From: a virus
Lineage: Duplodnaviria; Caudoviricetes
DNA length: 38,739 nt
IMG/VR virus record: IMGVR_UViG_3300029142_000012
Coordinates: 1 to 38,739 of that record
Direction: 5' to 3' (one strand)
This document shows, in pieces, positions 25,116 to 34,945 of the stretch (the stretch's first letter is position 1; every line of letters starts with the position of its first letter). The position numbers and the translations under genes were made by a program. Under the pieces are notes generated by a model. It worked only from the letters and a program-made list of their open reading frames with translations, was not told where the DNA came from and made no database searches.

Positions 25116-27683
25116 TCAGACCACCGACATTCTGATTTCGGTCATGTCTTTCCACAACACCAAGTTCGACACTGGAAGCGACAAGGTGTGTTGACCGGCG
25201 GTGTAATCCCCGTCGATCCACGACAGTCCGAGAGCGTTGTCTATTTCTAAGTGAACGGTTCCGCCAGTGACAGTGAGAACAAGGTCGTCTTCGAGTGTGC
25301 CGTTACCGTCCATGTTGTACGGGTCGGTGTCAGTGTAGTCAACAGCCAGTTCAGCGGTCACACCGTCCAACTCGAACCGTTGCAACACTTTCCTCACGTG
25401 GCACCATTCGGCGATGTCCTCCGCGGCGAGTTTCAACTCGTCGAGAGAATAGTTAGTCCCGTCACCAGCAATCATGTAGGAGATAGCCAGGTTCGCCATC
25501 GACGACGTGTTGCCGTCTTCTCTGGACAGTAAAGACAACCCGTTCATGGCGTTAGCGCCGGAGTTGCCGTCGATGAGTTGCTCCCAGCCTTTCGACTGGG
25601 TGAGCTTCCAAAGTTCGATGTCACCGTTCGCTGCGCACGTGTACAACGTGACGCACTCCTCGTCAACGAACACCGTGTCGATGTCTCCGCCGTCAGCACC
25701 CGGGTCAGTACTCGGATCTAAATGAGCGGGCCCGGAACCGTCACCCGACATCAGAACGTGGAATTCTCCGCCCTCACCCGAATTACCCGACTGGGTGCCC
25801 TGAACATGCTTATTCGGAGGGCCTTCACCCTTCTTCGCTGAATGGAGAACGTTCCGTATACCCGTACCGGACAACCATTTATGTGCGGTGATCGTGAACA
25901 GCGGCGGCGAATGAGAGGTTTCCCAGTCGAAATCTAAATGAGCGCTCCCGTCACCCTCAATCGAAGGCCGACGGAAATGCGAACTGGCCCTGTAAACAGC
26001 TTCTTCGCCGTTGTCGGCAGTCGAAGCGGGTTCGTTGCCGGTCTGGTCCGGTACAGCATCAACCGTTTTGCCACCATCAGAATGACCGGTGAGCTGCGCC
26101 GCGTCGATAGCCCAAAACACGTCAGCGGAAGCCAAATCGCCGGGGTATTGGAACGTCGAACTAGACGGGATAACAGTCGAAGCAGCAGGCAAAACAACGA
26201 ACAGACTCGTAGCAGAAGGCGACACAACCTGCGGGCCTTCAACCGTGACCGAAGGCATAACAGCAGAAGCGGAAATAACACCCGGAGTCGCCGAACCAGG
26301 AGTGCCACCCGCAGCCAACGTCGACAAATCAACGAAGAACGCACCGGCAACCTCTGATACGTCGCTGCCACCCGAATTCTGCCCACCAGAAATGAACTTT
26401 TCGACGTTGACAGTGTCATCAGCCGAAAACCCACCGACATGAGTAGACGAGATAGCAGTGTTTTTGGTGTCGTCACCGCCCTGTTCGCCACGCTGATACT
26501 TCTGCGCGGCGGTGTCAGCCTGGTCGGAACCTTCAACCTCGAACCGGACCGAATACATGGCTCGAGTACCGGACGACGCTGTACGTTCAACAGCCAACGC
26601 TGCATGACCGAGAACATCCGTTGCGCCAGTAACATCAACAGCGGTGTTCCCCGTACGGGAAAACACTCCTGTTTCGGTGACAGTCGAACGGAAAACGTTG
26701 AGGTCTACTATGCCGGTACCGTTGATCGTTTGGTTACCGGTTTCATCCTCGTAAACCGCTACATCGGTGGAAGCTGGAAGGGCGATAGCGAACATGCCAG
26801 CTTCGGACGCTGAAAGAGTCCACGCACCGTTATCGAACGTACCCCACAAAACAGCATTGTTGTCGACGTACCCTGCGATGCGTAGGTCTACGTCGAGGTC
26901 AGCGGTGGTCGGTTTGACCAACCCCATCCCGTTCGGGACAGCGTACTGGCAGGCCGAACTACGCTGGTAAGCGTAACCCGTTGAATGGTGTACAGGGTCG
27001 TCGTTGTAGAACAGTTTCGACATGCGGGTAGTGCGAGCACCACCACTATCGGAGTTCATCGCCCCGTACACGATCAGATACGGACGGCCCGTTTCGTGGA
27101 GTCGTATGTCCTGACCGTTCTCGAACGACAACACAGTGTCGTCGGTTTCGGTTATGACATCCCAACCGGTCGTAACCGAATACCCTTCACCGCCGTACCC
27201 CGACGCGGCGGGAGTACCGACATGCAGGAACGGAACTCCGCTAGTCGAATCGGTGAGCTGAACAACTTTGATCCGGGTCGTAGCGTACGAACCCGCCGAC
27301 GAACCGTTACCACTATCGCGGCGTTGCTGAACGTCGAACGTGTCAGAAGTGCCGTTGAACGGCATGACCATACGCGCAGCAACATACGCTTCGTCGTTGG
27401 AATTGTTCCGTCCGTAACCGGACCCGTGAGCCCCGTCCACATCCGTCGAATTCCGACGGATCTTGTGGTGGACGTTGAACCGGTTGTTGTGAGTGAGTTG
27501 AAAAACCGCTTCCGTGACGATCAGGTAGTAACCGGCACTGTCGGGGCGGTAAACCCCCCCAGATGTTTCGGTCAGGATCGAATCAGCGTCAACCGAGATC
27601 GTTCCGAAGTCCAACGTCGAGAACGTTGTTCCTGGTATTCCCTGACCGGAACCGGCAACTTTAGCGAAGCTACCAGCAGCCAT
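25116..27683 (-). CDS. Large beta-rich virion appendage protein (855 aa)
   Basis: RBS AGGAGG; repeated beta-sandwich-like modules, two copies of the 22-aa repeat, further C-terminal domain. Confidence 0.7.
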   Translation of the reverse strand: MAAGSFAKVAGSGQGIPGTTFSTLDFGTISVDADSILTETSGGVYRPDSAGYYLIVTEAVFQLTHNNRFNVHHKIRRNSTDVDGAHGSGYGRNNSNDEAYVAARMVMPFNGTSDTFDVQQRRDSGNGSSAGSYATTRIKVVQLTDSTSGVPFLHVGTPAASGYGGEGYSVTTGWDVITETDDTVLSFENGQDIRLHETGRPYLIVYGAMNSDSGGARTTRMSKLFYNDDPVHHSTGYAYQRSSACQYAVPNGMGLVKPTTADLDVDLRIAGYVDNNAVLWGTFDNGAWTLSASEAGMFAIALPASTDVAVYEDETGNQTINGTGIVDLNVFRSTVTETGVFSRTGNTAVDVTGATDVLGHAALAVERTASSGTRAMYSVRFEVEGSDQADTAAQKYQRGEQGGDDTKNTAISSTHVGGFSADDTVNVEKFISGGQNSGGSDVSEVAGAFFVDLSTLAAGGTPGSATPGVISASAVMPSVTVEGPQVVSPSATSLFVVLPAASTVIPSSSTFQYPGDLASADVFWAIDAAQLTGHSDGGKTVDAVPDQTGNEPASTADNGEEAVYRASSHFRRPSIEGDGSAHLDFDWETSHSPPLFTITAHKWLSGTGIRNVLHSAKKGEGPPNKHVQGTQSGNSGEGGEFHVLMSGDGSGPAHLDPSTDPGADGGDIDTVFVDEECVTLYTCAANGDIELWKLTQSKGWEQLIDGNSGANAMNGLSLLSREDGNTSSMANLAISYMIAGDGTNYSLDELKLAAEDIAEWCHVRKVLQRFELDGVTAELAVDYTDTDPYNMDGNGTLEDDLVLTVTGGTVHLEIDNALGLSWIDGDYTAGQHTLSLPVSNLVLWKDMTEIRMSVV

Positions 27684-27709
27684 AAGCTACCTCCTGAACT
27701 GTCAGAAGG

Positions 27710-28162
27710 TTACGGGGTGTAATCGAGGGTCAGTAGACCTGATGCGTTCCATTGGACAGTGAACGTCGAATTGGAACACGAAGCGGCAGTAACGAAATCC
27801 CACAAACCGATCAGTTCAGCAGTCGCGTCGTTACCAGTAGCCCTGATAAGAACACCGGCCATAGCGTCCGTAATAGTCACGTCGTCGGAACCGCCGTTAT
27901 CGAACACAGTGTCCGCGGCGTCATACGTCAACGTACCAGTCGATAACGTAATCTCCGTAGTAGTAACAGCGTCACGGGCGTAGTTACCACCCGAAATTTC
28001 GTTCGTCAGGTCCGCAGCGAAATCGTGAGTAGTGAAATCGGGAGTGTGCGAATCGTTCACCAACGCCAGATCGTTGTCTTCGGCTTCTAACGAGTCGCCG
28101 AGCGTGTCGATGAAGAACTTTTCGAGGGTGAGCCCGTATAAGCCTGATGCGGTAATAGACAT
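27710..28162 (-). CDS. Structural protein of the appendage module
   Basis: LALV...HTPD...HDF..D.TNEISGGNY..., FTVQWNASG pattern typical of genes preceding fibre genes. Confidence 0.7.
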   Translation of the reverse strand: MSITASGLYGLTLEKFFIDTLGDSLEAEDNDLALVNDSHTPDFTTHDFAADLTNEISGGNYARDAVTTTEITLSTGTLTYDAADTVFDNGGSDDVTITDAMAGVLIRATGNDATAELIGLWDFVTAASCSNSTFTVQWNASGLLTLDYTP

Positions 28163-28372
28163 TTAGTTAACCTTCGCTTTCGCTCCGAGCGCAGCAGGCG
28201 CGGCACCATCCTTGGTGGGTTCGCGGTGGTTCTCACGGAACGCTTTACGGAGAGCCCGGAGGTCCTCCTTGTCGGCTTGGGTGAGTTTCCCAGCTGCCTT
28301 CTTTTTAGAGAACTCGGCTTCGGCTTCAAGAACCGCCAGTTCTGCTTTCTTCTTAGCGATCTTGTCGCTCAT
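28163..28372 (-). CDS. Small basic hypothetical protein
   Basis: RBS AGGAG, ATGA overlap. Confidence 0.6.
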   Translation of the reverse strand: MSDKIAKKKAELAVLEAEAEFSKKKAAGKLTQADKEDLRALRKAFRENHREPTKDGAAPAALGAKAKVN

Positions 28373-28671
28373 TTGTTTCTCCTAACACGTACACCTGTGG
28401 GGCCACGTCCGATAATGAAGTACCCTTTAGCAACCATTTCCTTGAAGGTCATCGGGCGGATACGACCCGACTTTTCGACCACGTACCGGATGGGGGTGGG
28501 TCCGGCTTCGCCAGTGACCCGACCATCCCAATGTTCGGTGTGGGCGACTAAACCCTTCGGTGACATTTCGCCGGTTTCGGCGACACCTTCAACAACCCGG
28601 TTCGATGATTGTTTGTAACCGGTTTTGAGTTGGGCTGGCGGTTTACGAGCCAACCACAAATGTTTCCTCAT
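28369..28671 (-). CDS. Hypothetical protein
   Basis: ATGA overlaps; TEHWDGR motif. Confidence 0.6.
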   Translation of the reverse strand: MRKHLWLARKPPAQLKTGYKQSSNRVVEGVAETGEMSPKGLVAHTEHWDGRVTGEAGPTPIRYVVEKSGRIRPMTFKEMVAKGYFIIGRGPTGVRVRRNK

Positions 28672-28883
28672 GCCGGCGTGTAAATCTCAACGTACGGTGG
28701 GGTACCCGCACGACGTCTGATCTTCGTCCGGGGGTCTTTCCTAACAACAAGGTCGTTCCGCTCGTCGACATCAGCAGTGTCCAACAACTCTCTCGAATAC
28801 AAACACCCGCAGTTGATGCACCCTTGGACTTGGGTACCGAAGTTGAACAAGTCCAACTCTTGGAGGCAGTAAGCACATTTCAT
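28668..28883 (-). CDS. Small Cys-containing hypothetical protein
   Basis: MKCAYC...CINCG; ATGA overlap with epimerase stop. Confidence 0.55.
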   Translation of the reverse strand: MKCAYCLQELDLFNFGTQVQGCINCGCLYSRELLDTADVDERNDLVVRKDPRTKIRRRAGTPPYVEIYTPA

Positions 28884-29848
28884 TTCCAGAACTCCGGTAG
28901 ACGGTATTCCAGTTCGACTTCGGGAGTGGTAGACCAACGAACCCCGTTCCGTTTCACCCACGAAGACATGTCACGCAACCCGTAATCCAACCCGGTAGTC
29001 GGAGAGAACCCCAACATGTCACGGGCTTTCGTGTGGTCGCAGTAAGCATGTTTCACTTCGTACCGTTCTTCGACGTGTTCAATCGTCGAACCCGGAAAAA
29101 GGTTTTGGACACGTTCCGCCAGTTCCAGGATGGTGATAACCGTTTCGCCGCCGATGTTGAACGTTTCGCCCGAATGGCCGACACCGGCGATCATCGGACG
29201 GACAATATCCGACACGTGCGAAAACGCACGGGTTTGCTGGCCGTCGCCGAACACTCGGATAGGCAACCCCGACAACGCCTGCCGCATGAAAATCCCTACA
29301 ACGTTCCGGTACTTGTCGCCTATGTTCTGGTTCCGTCCGTACACGTTATGCGGACGGTAAATCGTGTAATCCAACCCGAACAGTTCACCAGCAGCAGCCA
29401 AATCCTGTTCGACAGCGTATTTAGCGATCCCGTAAGGGTCCTCCGGAGCCGGGGTCATCGCTTCAGTGAACGGCGGGGTTTGAGAACCGTAAACCGCCAT
29501 GCTCGAAGTGAACACGAACTTGGAGGTTCCGTGTTTCACAGCCGAGTTAATCAACCGTGTGGAAGCTAACCAGTTGTTCAACACGTTATGTTCCCGCACC
29601 CAATGCGACAGGCCCTCCGCGGCGTAAGCGGCGAGATGCCAAATCGTGTCCGGATGCCACGTTTGGATCAGCCAGTCAGTGTCACCAGTAACAAGGTTGT
29701 GTTCGACGAACTGCGCCGAGTCGGGAACGTTGTCTTTCCAACCGCCCGACAGGTTATCGACTACGACCACGTTGTGGTTCTGGACGAGTTTCCGAGCTAA
29801 ATGCGAGCCGATGAACCCAGCCCCGCCGGTAATCAGATGAGTGTCCAT
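28880..29848 (-). CDS. NAD-dependent nucleotide-sugar epimerase/dehydratase (GalE-like extended SDR)
   Basis: TGGAGFIGSH, DNLSGG, HLAA, FTSSMAVYG, YGIAK (YxxxK), RPHNVYG, GDG.QTRAF. Confidence 0.93.
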   Translation of the reverse strand: MDTHLITGGAGFIGSHLARKLVQNHNVVVVDNLSGGWKDNVPDSAQFVEHNLVTGDTDWLIQTWHPDTIWHLAAYAAEGLSHWVREHNVLNNWLASTRLINSAVKHGTSKFVFTSSMAVYGSQTPPFTEAMTPAPEDPYGIAKYAVEQDLAAAGELFGLDYTIYRPHNVYGRNQNIGDKYRNVVGIFMRQALSGLPIRVFGDGQQTRAFSHVSDIVRPMIAGVGHSGETFNIGGETVITILELAERVQNLFPGSTIEHVEERYEVKHAYCDHTKARDMLGFSPTTGLDYGLRDMSSWVKRNGVRWSTTPEVELEYRLPEFWK

Positions 29849-30411
29849 TACAACCAGAAAAAGTTCTGTTTGTTGTGGGGCCAGTTCCCCACTTCCCGCG
29901 GCGGAGACCAACCTTTGTCAGTTCCGTTGTAACCACCGGGCGGGTTCCACTTGTCGTAGAAGTACAACACCCGGTTCAAGTATGCGGTCGTGTCCACGAG
30001 TTCCGCCACCTTCTTAGTCCACCTAATGTCGTCGAGGTATTCGTTGCCGAACTCCACCGACGAAGCCAACTCTGTGCGAGTCGGACAAATATGCGAAGCT
30101 ACTTCCTGGTGGGTGATTTCAGCGAACCTGCCGTTCACCATCTGCAACGAATCGAACCCGACGTAATCCTCAGTGTGGTCGATCACCGCTTCCACCAGGT
30201 AAGGCGAAACCCAGTCGTCGTCGTCGACGACCATCACATGCGACGTGTCCACTCTCGAATACGCCAAGTTGAGTTTGTCGCCTTTCGGTTTGTTGCCGTG
30301 CATCACCAACACGTCCGCTTTGTCGCACGTCTGGTTCTCCAAGTAGAACAAACACCGAGAAAGAAGTTGGCGGCGTTCCCGCATGTGGCAGACAATGATC
30401 GTAAGAGTCAT
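29848..30411 (-). CDS. Glycosyltransferase family 2-like (GT-A)
   Basis: LTIIV.....R...L.R.L..LE.Q, G.KLN, VDDDDWV (DxD). Confidence 0.8.
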   Translation of the reverse strand: MTLTIIVCHMRERRQLLSRCLFYLENQTCDKADVLVMHGNKPKGDKLNLAYSRVDTSHVMVVDDDDWVSPYLVEAVIDHTEDYVGFDSLQMVNGRFAEITHQEVASHICPTRTELASSVEFGNEYLDDIRWTKKVAELVDTTAYLNRVLYFYDKWNPPGGYNGTDKGWSPPREVGNWPHNKQNFFWL

Positions 30412-30986
30412 GATCTGAGCAGGTACCCGCCGGGGTGGTCCGTAACCCCGAACTTCTCACGGGACGAATCCACCCGGAATTCGGGGTGGGAAGGTAACCA
30501 TTCGTCCAAAGCGTCAGCCGGCCCGTCGTCCTTATGGTCCGACAAGTGGATTGACCTACCAAACACAGTGTCTTCGACGATCAAGTAACAACCCGAAGAA
30601 ACGAACGGTGCGTACGCTTCGAGTTCGTCCAACACGGTCTGTTTGTGGTGGTCCGAATCCAAAATGACCATCACCCGTTTCCCCCGGACCGCTTCACCGA
30701 TGAAGAACAAGACTTGCGGAGAAGTCGAAAACCCACGGTAGTAAGTGACGTTCGGGTGGGCGGCGGGTTCGTGCGGCGGAGCCACATCCACAGAATGGAC
30801 TTCGCAACCCAAATCAGCGTAAAAGTTAGCGGACCCTCCATATTTAGAACCGGTTTCGACGACCACACCCGGTTTCGTATCCCAAATGATCTCCTGCGTG
30901 GAAATCATGTCGTTGGGGTGTTTCAGGATGCGGACACCCTTCCAAACCGGGTAGTCTTTCGTGTGTTGGAATTCTGGGGAAGCCAT
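30408..30986 (-). CDS. CmcI / cephalosporin-hydroxylase family SAM-dependent (rhamnosyl-type) O-methyltransferase
   Basis: W.G..I.K.P.D....QEIIW..KP..VVETG...GGSA, VILDSDH....VL.ELE.Y...V..G.YLIVEDT. Confidence 0.88.
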   Translation of the reverse strand: MASPEFQHTKDYPVWKGVRILKHPNDMISTQEIIWDTKPGVVVETGSKYGGSANFYADLGCEVHSVDVAPPHEPAAHPNVTYYRGFSTSPQVLFFIGEAVRGKRVMVILDSDHHKQTVLDELEAYAPFVSSGCYLIVEDTVFGRSIHLSDHKDDGPADALDEWLPSHPEFRVDSSREKFGVTDHPGGYLLRS

Positions 30987-32359
30987 CAGACGTCCACGTT
31001 CGCTTTCAACCGTTTCAGGAACAGTCTCTTATCCCGGTCCGCGTACATGTCGTTCTTCTTATAAACCTTATCCGTTTCGACCAGGCCAGTAATCGGATGC
31101 AAATGTTCAATAACAGCACCCAACGCAGGTTGGAAAACCCCACGGTCTCGAGCAGCCCAAACGATTTCGTCGTCGCAGAACCAATGTTTATAACCCTCAT
31201 GAGTTACAACACCGGGCCCGTCCCACGAAGCACCCACCTCGTCGATGTAGTCACGGGCGATCATCCAATGCGTCGCGTGTTCACCGTTCACCACACGAGG
31301 GTTAGCCAAATCGTTAGATCCGACAACCTTCGCACCGTACAACCCGGCGACATGCTGCGAGTGGTCTAACCAGCCGGGGTGGAACCGGACGTCATCCCCG
31401 ACAACCTGCACCCACGGCGCCGACGAAGCCTGATAACCGGCGTTGACTTTCACCGGGAACCTACCAGGGCAGATAATCGAACTGGAAGTGTCAATACCCG
31501 CCGCTTCTAACGTTTCGCGGTGTTCCTCGTCGTCTAACACCAAGATCAGGTTCGCTAACCCCGTCGAAGCCTTCAACGATTCCGCTAACACGGGAATGTT
31601 CCCAACGCGGGGTTTCACCGTCGGAACAACAACATCAACCTGGTCGACAGCGGGAGGAGCATGGAACGACTCCCAAAAGTCGAGTTCCTGCACCCAAATG
31701 TACTTATGGTGCGACGTCCGAATCCCCGTATGAACATAACAAGGGATTTCCAAAGCGTTACACCGAATAAAAAAGGATATGTCTTCGCCGAGGGGTCCGT
31801 CACCCACCGACGTTTTCTGTTTCGGTATCCGGTCGAACCAGTCCTTACCGTATTCGGCGTGGACCTTCTCGATCACCGACCGGTGAACCAACAGTAGAGC
31901 GGTACCGGTAGCAGCCGAACGGACCAACTGGTTGACAGGGTAGTGGGCTCTACCAACGAACTCGCCGTTGATCCAGTCGTACACTGTCGGACGTGGTTCC
32001 AAACGGGAACCGTTGTACTGGTCGAACCCTTGATCCCGGTAAGCGAAACACAAACCGCCGACAATCGGACGGTCGGTAGGGTCGGCGTGTTCCATCAACC
32101 GGTCCAACACGTCGGGTTTGAACCCCATGTCAGCGTCGACGAACAACAACCACTCGAACCGTTTCTCGTTCAGCACGTGGTCAGCGACCGTGTTCCTGGC
32201 TTCTGGTATCCCGTACCCTGTTGAACGTACCGCACCCCAACCAACAATATGTTGGCTGTTGGTCATGTCGTGTATCCGCAGATCGGTTATGGATTTGTGG
32301 AACGACGCCGAAATGTTATCGGGGTGGAGGTACGCGACGAAAACGCCGCTCCCGTTCAT
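30986..32359 (-). CDS. Two-domain glycosyltransferase (GT-A x2)
   Basis: Domain 1: ARN..WLLFVDADM..GEDISF; domain 2: VVVPT..KVN.G..GDDVRF..GW..WFCDDE. Confidence 0.87.
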   Translation of the reverse strand: MNGSGVFVAYLHPDNISASFHKSITDLRIHDMTNSQHIVGWGAVRSTGYGIPEARNTVADHVLNEKRFEWLLFVDADMGFKPDVLDRLMEHADPTDRPIVGGLCFAYRDQGFDQYNGSRLEPRPTVYDWINGEFVGRAHYPVNQLVRSAATGTALLLVHRSVIEKVHAEYGKDWFDRIPKQKTSVGDGPLGEDISFFIRCNALEIPCYVHTGIRTSHHKYIWVQELDFWESFHAPPAVDQVDVVVPTVKPRVGNIPVLAESLKASTGLANLILVLDDEEHRETLEAAGIDTSSSIICPGRFPVKVNAGYQASSAPWVQVVGDDVRFHPGWLDHSQHVAGLYGAKVVGSNDLANPRVVNGEHATHWMIARDYIDEVGASWDGPGVVTHEGYKHWFCDDEIVWAARDRGVFQPALGAVIEHLHPITGLVETDKVYKKNDMYADRDKRLFLKRLKANVDV

Positions 32360-32595
32360 CGTTTGGTTTTTCGTTTCTGACCGGGATTCGCCGTAGCCGT
32401 TTCGACTACAACATCCGCCGGAACCCACCCAGACTGAGTGCGCACACGCGGCGGGTTTTTATCGAACAAGTTGGGGTGGTCTTTAACGAACTGGTCGTTC
32501 TCATCCCACGTTTCCCCAACGTTCAGTTTGATGATTATTCCGCCCCTTGTAGTGGCGGATACAGTGGATTTCGCATAGGTATACCCCATACGCAT
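32356..32595 (-). CDS. Small head-associated protein
   Basis: GETWD..D.FV..HP.LF and VETATANPG.KR patterns typical of the gene after MCP; RBS AAGGAG. Confidence 0.65.
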   Translation of the reverse strand: MRMGYTYAKSTVSATTRGGIIIKLNVGETWDENDQFVKDHPNLFDKNPPRVRTQSGWVPADVVVETATANPGQKRKTKR

Positions 32596-32600
32596 TCTCC

Positions 32601-33479
32601 TTAACTTAGGGTCGCTCCTTTCTCCCGGTTACAAGACCAGTGAGCAAGAGCAACATTGTCTAGTTCGTCCACGCCACCCTTGCTAATCGGGGTGATGTGG
32701 TCGATGGTTGCCCCCATCTCGTGGAGGCGGTCGAGGTCGGGATCAACCGGCCCACCACAGATGTGGCACGTCCAGTTATCCCGCTCGAAAACTTGAAGGT
32801 CGGTGTATTTAGCTCGGGTTGGCCTACGGCGCTGACGGGAACGCACACGGCCCCAGTGTCTATTAGCACACTTCTTAGAACACCAACGAGCAGAAGGGTG
32901 CTTGCCCACGAACTCGTTTCCGCAATCGTCACAGGTCACCTTGTGGGGAACAACCAGACGAGATTTTCCCTCTCGCTTGCGCTTCTGGTAGGCGAGTTGT
33001 CTACACCAACTATCGGGGCAATAGCGGCTGTCCCGACTCCTGGCAACATAACTTTCGCCGCAATAATCACATGACCTCTCCCGTGGTTGCATCAGGGGCA
33101 GCCGAGAACGGTTATTTCTTCGGTTTCCTGAACGCACAGTACACACCCGAGAACAATACTTCTTTGGGGCTCCTCGCTGGTTGGGTTCAAAAGATTCGCC
33201 ACATTCGGGACAAATGTTAGGCCTTGAGTCGCGACCTACCTTCAACTTGTTCTTGTAAGAAGCCTGCTGACAAGGAACAGAACAATACTTCTGTTGGCTG
33301 GTTCGTGCCTGAAACTCGGCCCCACACCATTCACATTCAAGAAGTCGGGCAGTCGGTTTGTTCCTTTGCCACGTTCCTTTTCTTTGACAAGGAATGGAAC
33401 AGTATTTCTGGTGTGGGTGGTGTGGAGCAAACACAAAGTCGACTCCACACCATTCACATTGATTGGTATGGGATTCCAT
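32601..33479 (-). CDS. HNH endonuclease with five CxxC..CSxxC zinc-finger repeats
   Basis: VFERDNWTCHICG..TIDHITPISKGG....NVALAHWSCNREKG; five N-terminal Cys repeats. Confidence 0.88.
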   Translation of the reverse strand: MESHTNQCEWCGVDFVFAPHHPHQKYCSIPCQRKGTWQRNKPTARLLECEWCGAEFQARTSQQKYCSVPCQQASYKNKLKVGRDSRPNICPECGESFEPNQRGAPKKYCSRVCTVRSGNRRNNRSRLPLMQPRERSCDYCGESYVARSRDSRYCPDSWCRQLAYQKRKREGKSRLVVPHKVTCDDCGNEFVGKHPSARWCSKKCANRHWGRVRSRQRRRPTRAKYTDLQVFERDNWTCHICGGPVDPDLDRLHEMGATIDHITPISKGGVDELDNVALAHWSCNREKGATLS

Positions 33480-33520
33480 GACTTCCAGTATATCACTGGT
33501 TTGTCTAAAACCCCAGTACC

Positions 33521-34945
33521 CTAGGCGTTTTGAAGTAAAATGAACCCGTTGTCGTCAACGGAGTCAGCTCCAACACGAGCCCATGCAAGCCAGCCACGCT
33601 GGCCCTTAGGCGTTCCGTCAGAGTGGAACACGTGAGGTATGAACTCGACGCTCATCCCGACACGTTGCGCGATGACGTAACGGGAGAAGTCCCCGAGGAT
33701 CGCCAAGTTACTAGCACCCGTAGTTCCGGAGAAGGCGGGAGCATAGTCGCTCAAAAGCACACGTTTGCCCAACAGTGGGCCGATACCTTCGCTGGACAGG
33801 TCACGAGAACCGTAACCGTCAGCACCAGTACGCAACTGCGATTCAACAGTGACGTCCATGAACCACGTCGAACGCGGACGGTAACGCTCAGGCAGGTTCT
33901 TCCAAACCACGAGGGCGTCTTCCGGTCCGAGAGCACCGTCAGTCGTCGGGTTCACTTCCGAACCTGACGCAGCGTCGATCGCCGTGAAAATACCGACAAC
34001 ACCGGCAGAACCGGTAGCGGTTTCAACAGCGAGGAAGTCGACGTAAGCCTGCTCGATGAGCGTAGCCATTTCACCCGCGAAGTTGGGGTAGTCGCCTTCG
34101 ATCTCGAATGAGTACGGGATGAAAGCGGCCGCTTTCTCAGGGGTGACGGTCGGCTGAGCGAACGTTGCCTGCTGCGCAGCAATGGGGTCTGATTCGGCTT
34201 CGTTCGCGAATGCGACACCAGCAGAACTGACACCCTTCCACACGTTGTTAGTGATGTTCTCGATACGAGACACACCCAACAGTGGTGCGACAGCAGCACC
34301 CGACGTCAGGATAACGGTCGGGTCGATGAGTACGGGAACACCGTAACCACCAGAAGCACTGGTTAGTGACTGTTCAGCGGCACGGAACTGGGAAATAGCG
34401 TTCATTTCCTCTTGGGTCCATGCGGGCTGTGCGTACGTCATGGCTTTACCGAACGCTGACCGGTAAGCGGGCGACTCGGTGATAAGCAACCGTCGGGCGA
34501 TAAGGTCGCCGTCGGTGTTCATCGAACGTGTCTTGACCAGCTTCTCGATGTGCGCGGCGTTCTCGTCGGTGACGGGAACCATCTGCTCCGTGTGTTCCTC
34601 CTCGAGCCGTTTCAGAGCGGCCGAGCGGACTTCGCCACGGGAAGCGGTACGCAGATCAATGTCCGTTTCGGTGCGTTTCATGAACGCGGGAACGGAACGG
34701 TCCTCACCGATTTCGGTGGAACCGACCTTCTCAGCAGCATCCAATACTGCCAGTCGGGATTCGATTTGTGCTTTCTCAGCTTCCAAAGCGCGAACAGGGT
34801 TGTCCTCGTCGGAAGTGAGTTCAGCGAAACGGGCTTCCTGATCGTCGTCGAGTTCGTCGGCTTCTACCAGCTCGGATAGTTCTGAGCGGATAGCCAACGC
34901 TTCCTCTTTGATTTCAGAAAGCCGCGCAATGAGCTTGTTACTCAT
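33521..34945 (-). CDS. Major capsid protein, HK97 fold with delta (scaffold) domain
   Basis: N-terminal coiled coil, SGGYGVP, AE......TF.Q, LLG..V, ILGDFS.Y.I.QR.G, G.RGW.AWAR.G. Confidence 0.93.
   Translation of the reverse strand: MSNKLIARLSEIKEEALAIRSELSELVEADELDDDQEARFAELTSDEDNPVRALEAEKAQIESRLAVLDAAEKVGSTEIGEDRSVPAFMKRTETDIDLRTASRGEVRSAALKRLEEEHTEQMVPVTDENAAHIEKLVKTRSMNTDGDLIARRLLITESPAYRSAFGKAMTYAQPAWTQEEMNAISQFRAAEQSLTSASGGYGVPVLIDPTVILTSGAAVAPLLGVSRIENITNNVWKGVSSAGVAFANEAESDPIAAQQATFAQPTVTPEKAAAFIPYSFEIEGDYPNFAGEMATLIEQAYVDFLAVETATGSAGVVGIFTAIDAASGSEVNPTTDGALGPEDALVVWKNLPERYRPRSTWFMDVTVESQLRTGADGYGSRDLSSEGIGPLLGKRVLLSDYAPAFSGTTGASNLAILGDFSRYVIAQRVGMSVEFIPHVFHSDGTPKGQRGWLAWARVGADSVDDNGFILLQNA

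Noticed and set aside
30408-30986. Cephalosporin hydroxylase as an antibiotic biosynthesis or resistance gene
   Set aside because: The family is a SAM-dependent methyltransferase fold and the glycosyltransferase context points to sugar O-methylation
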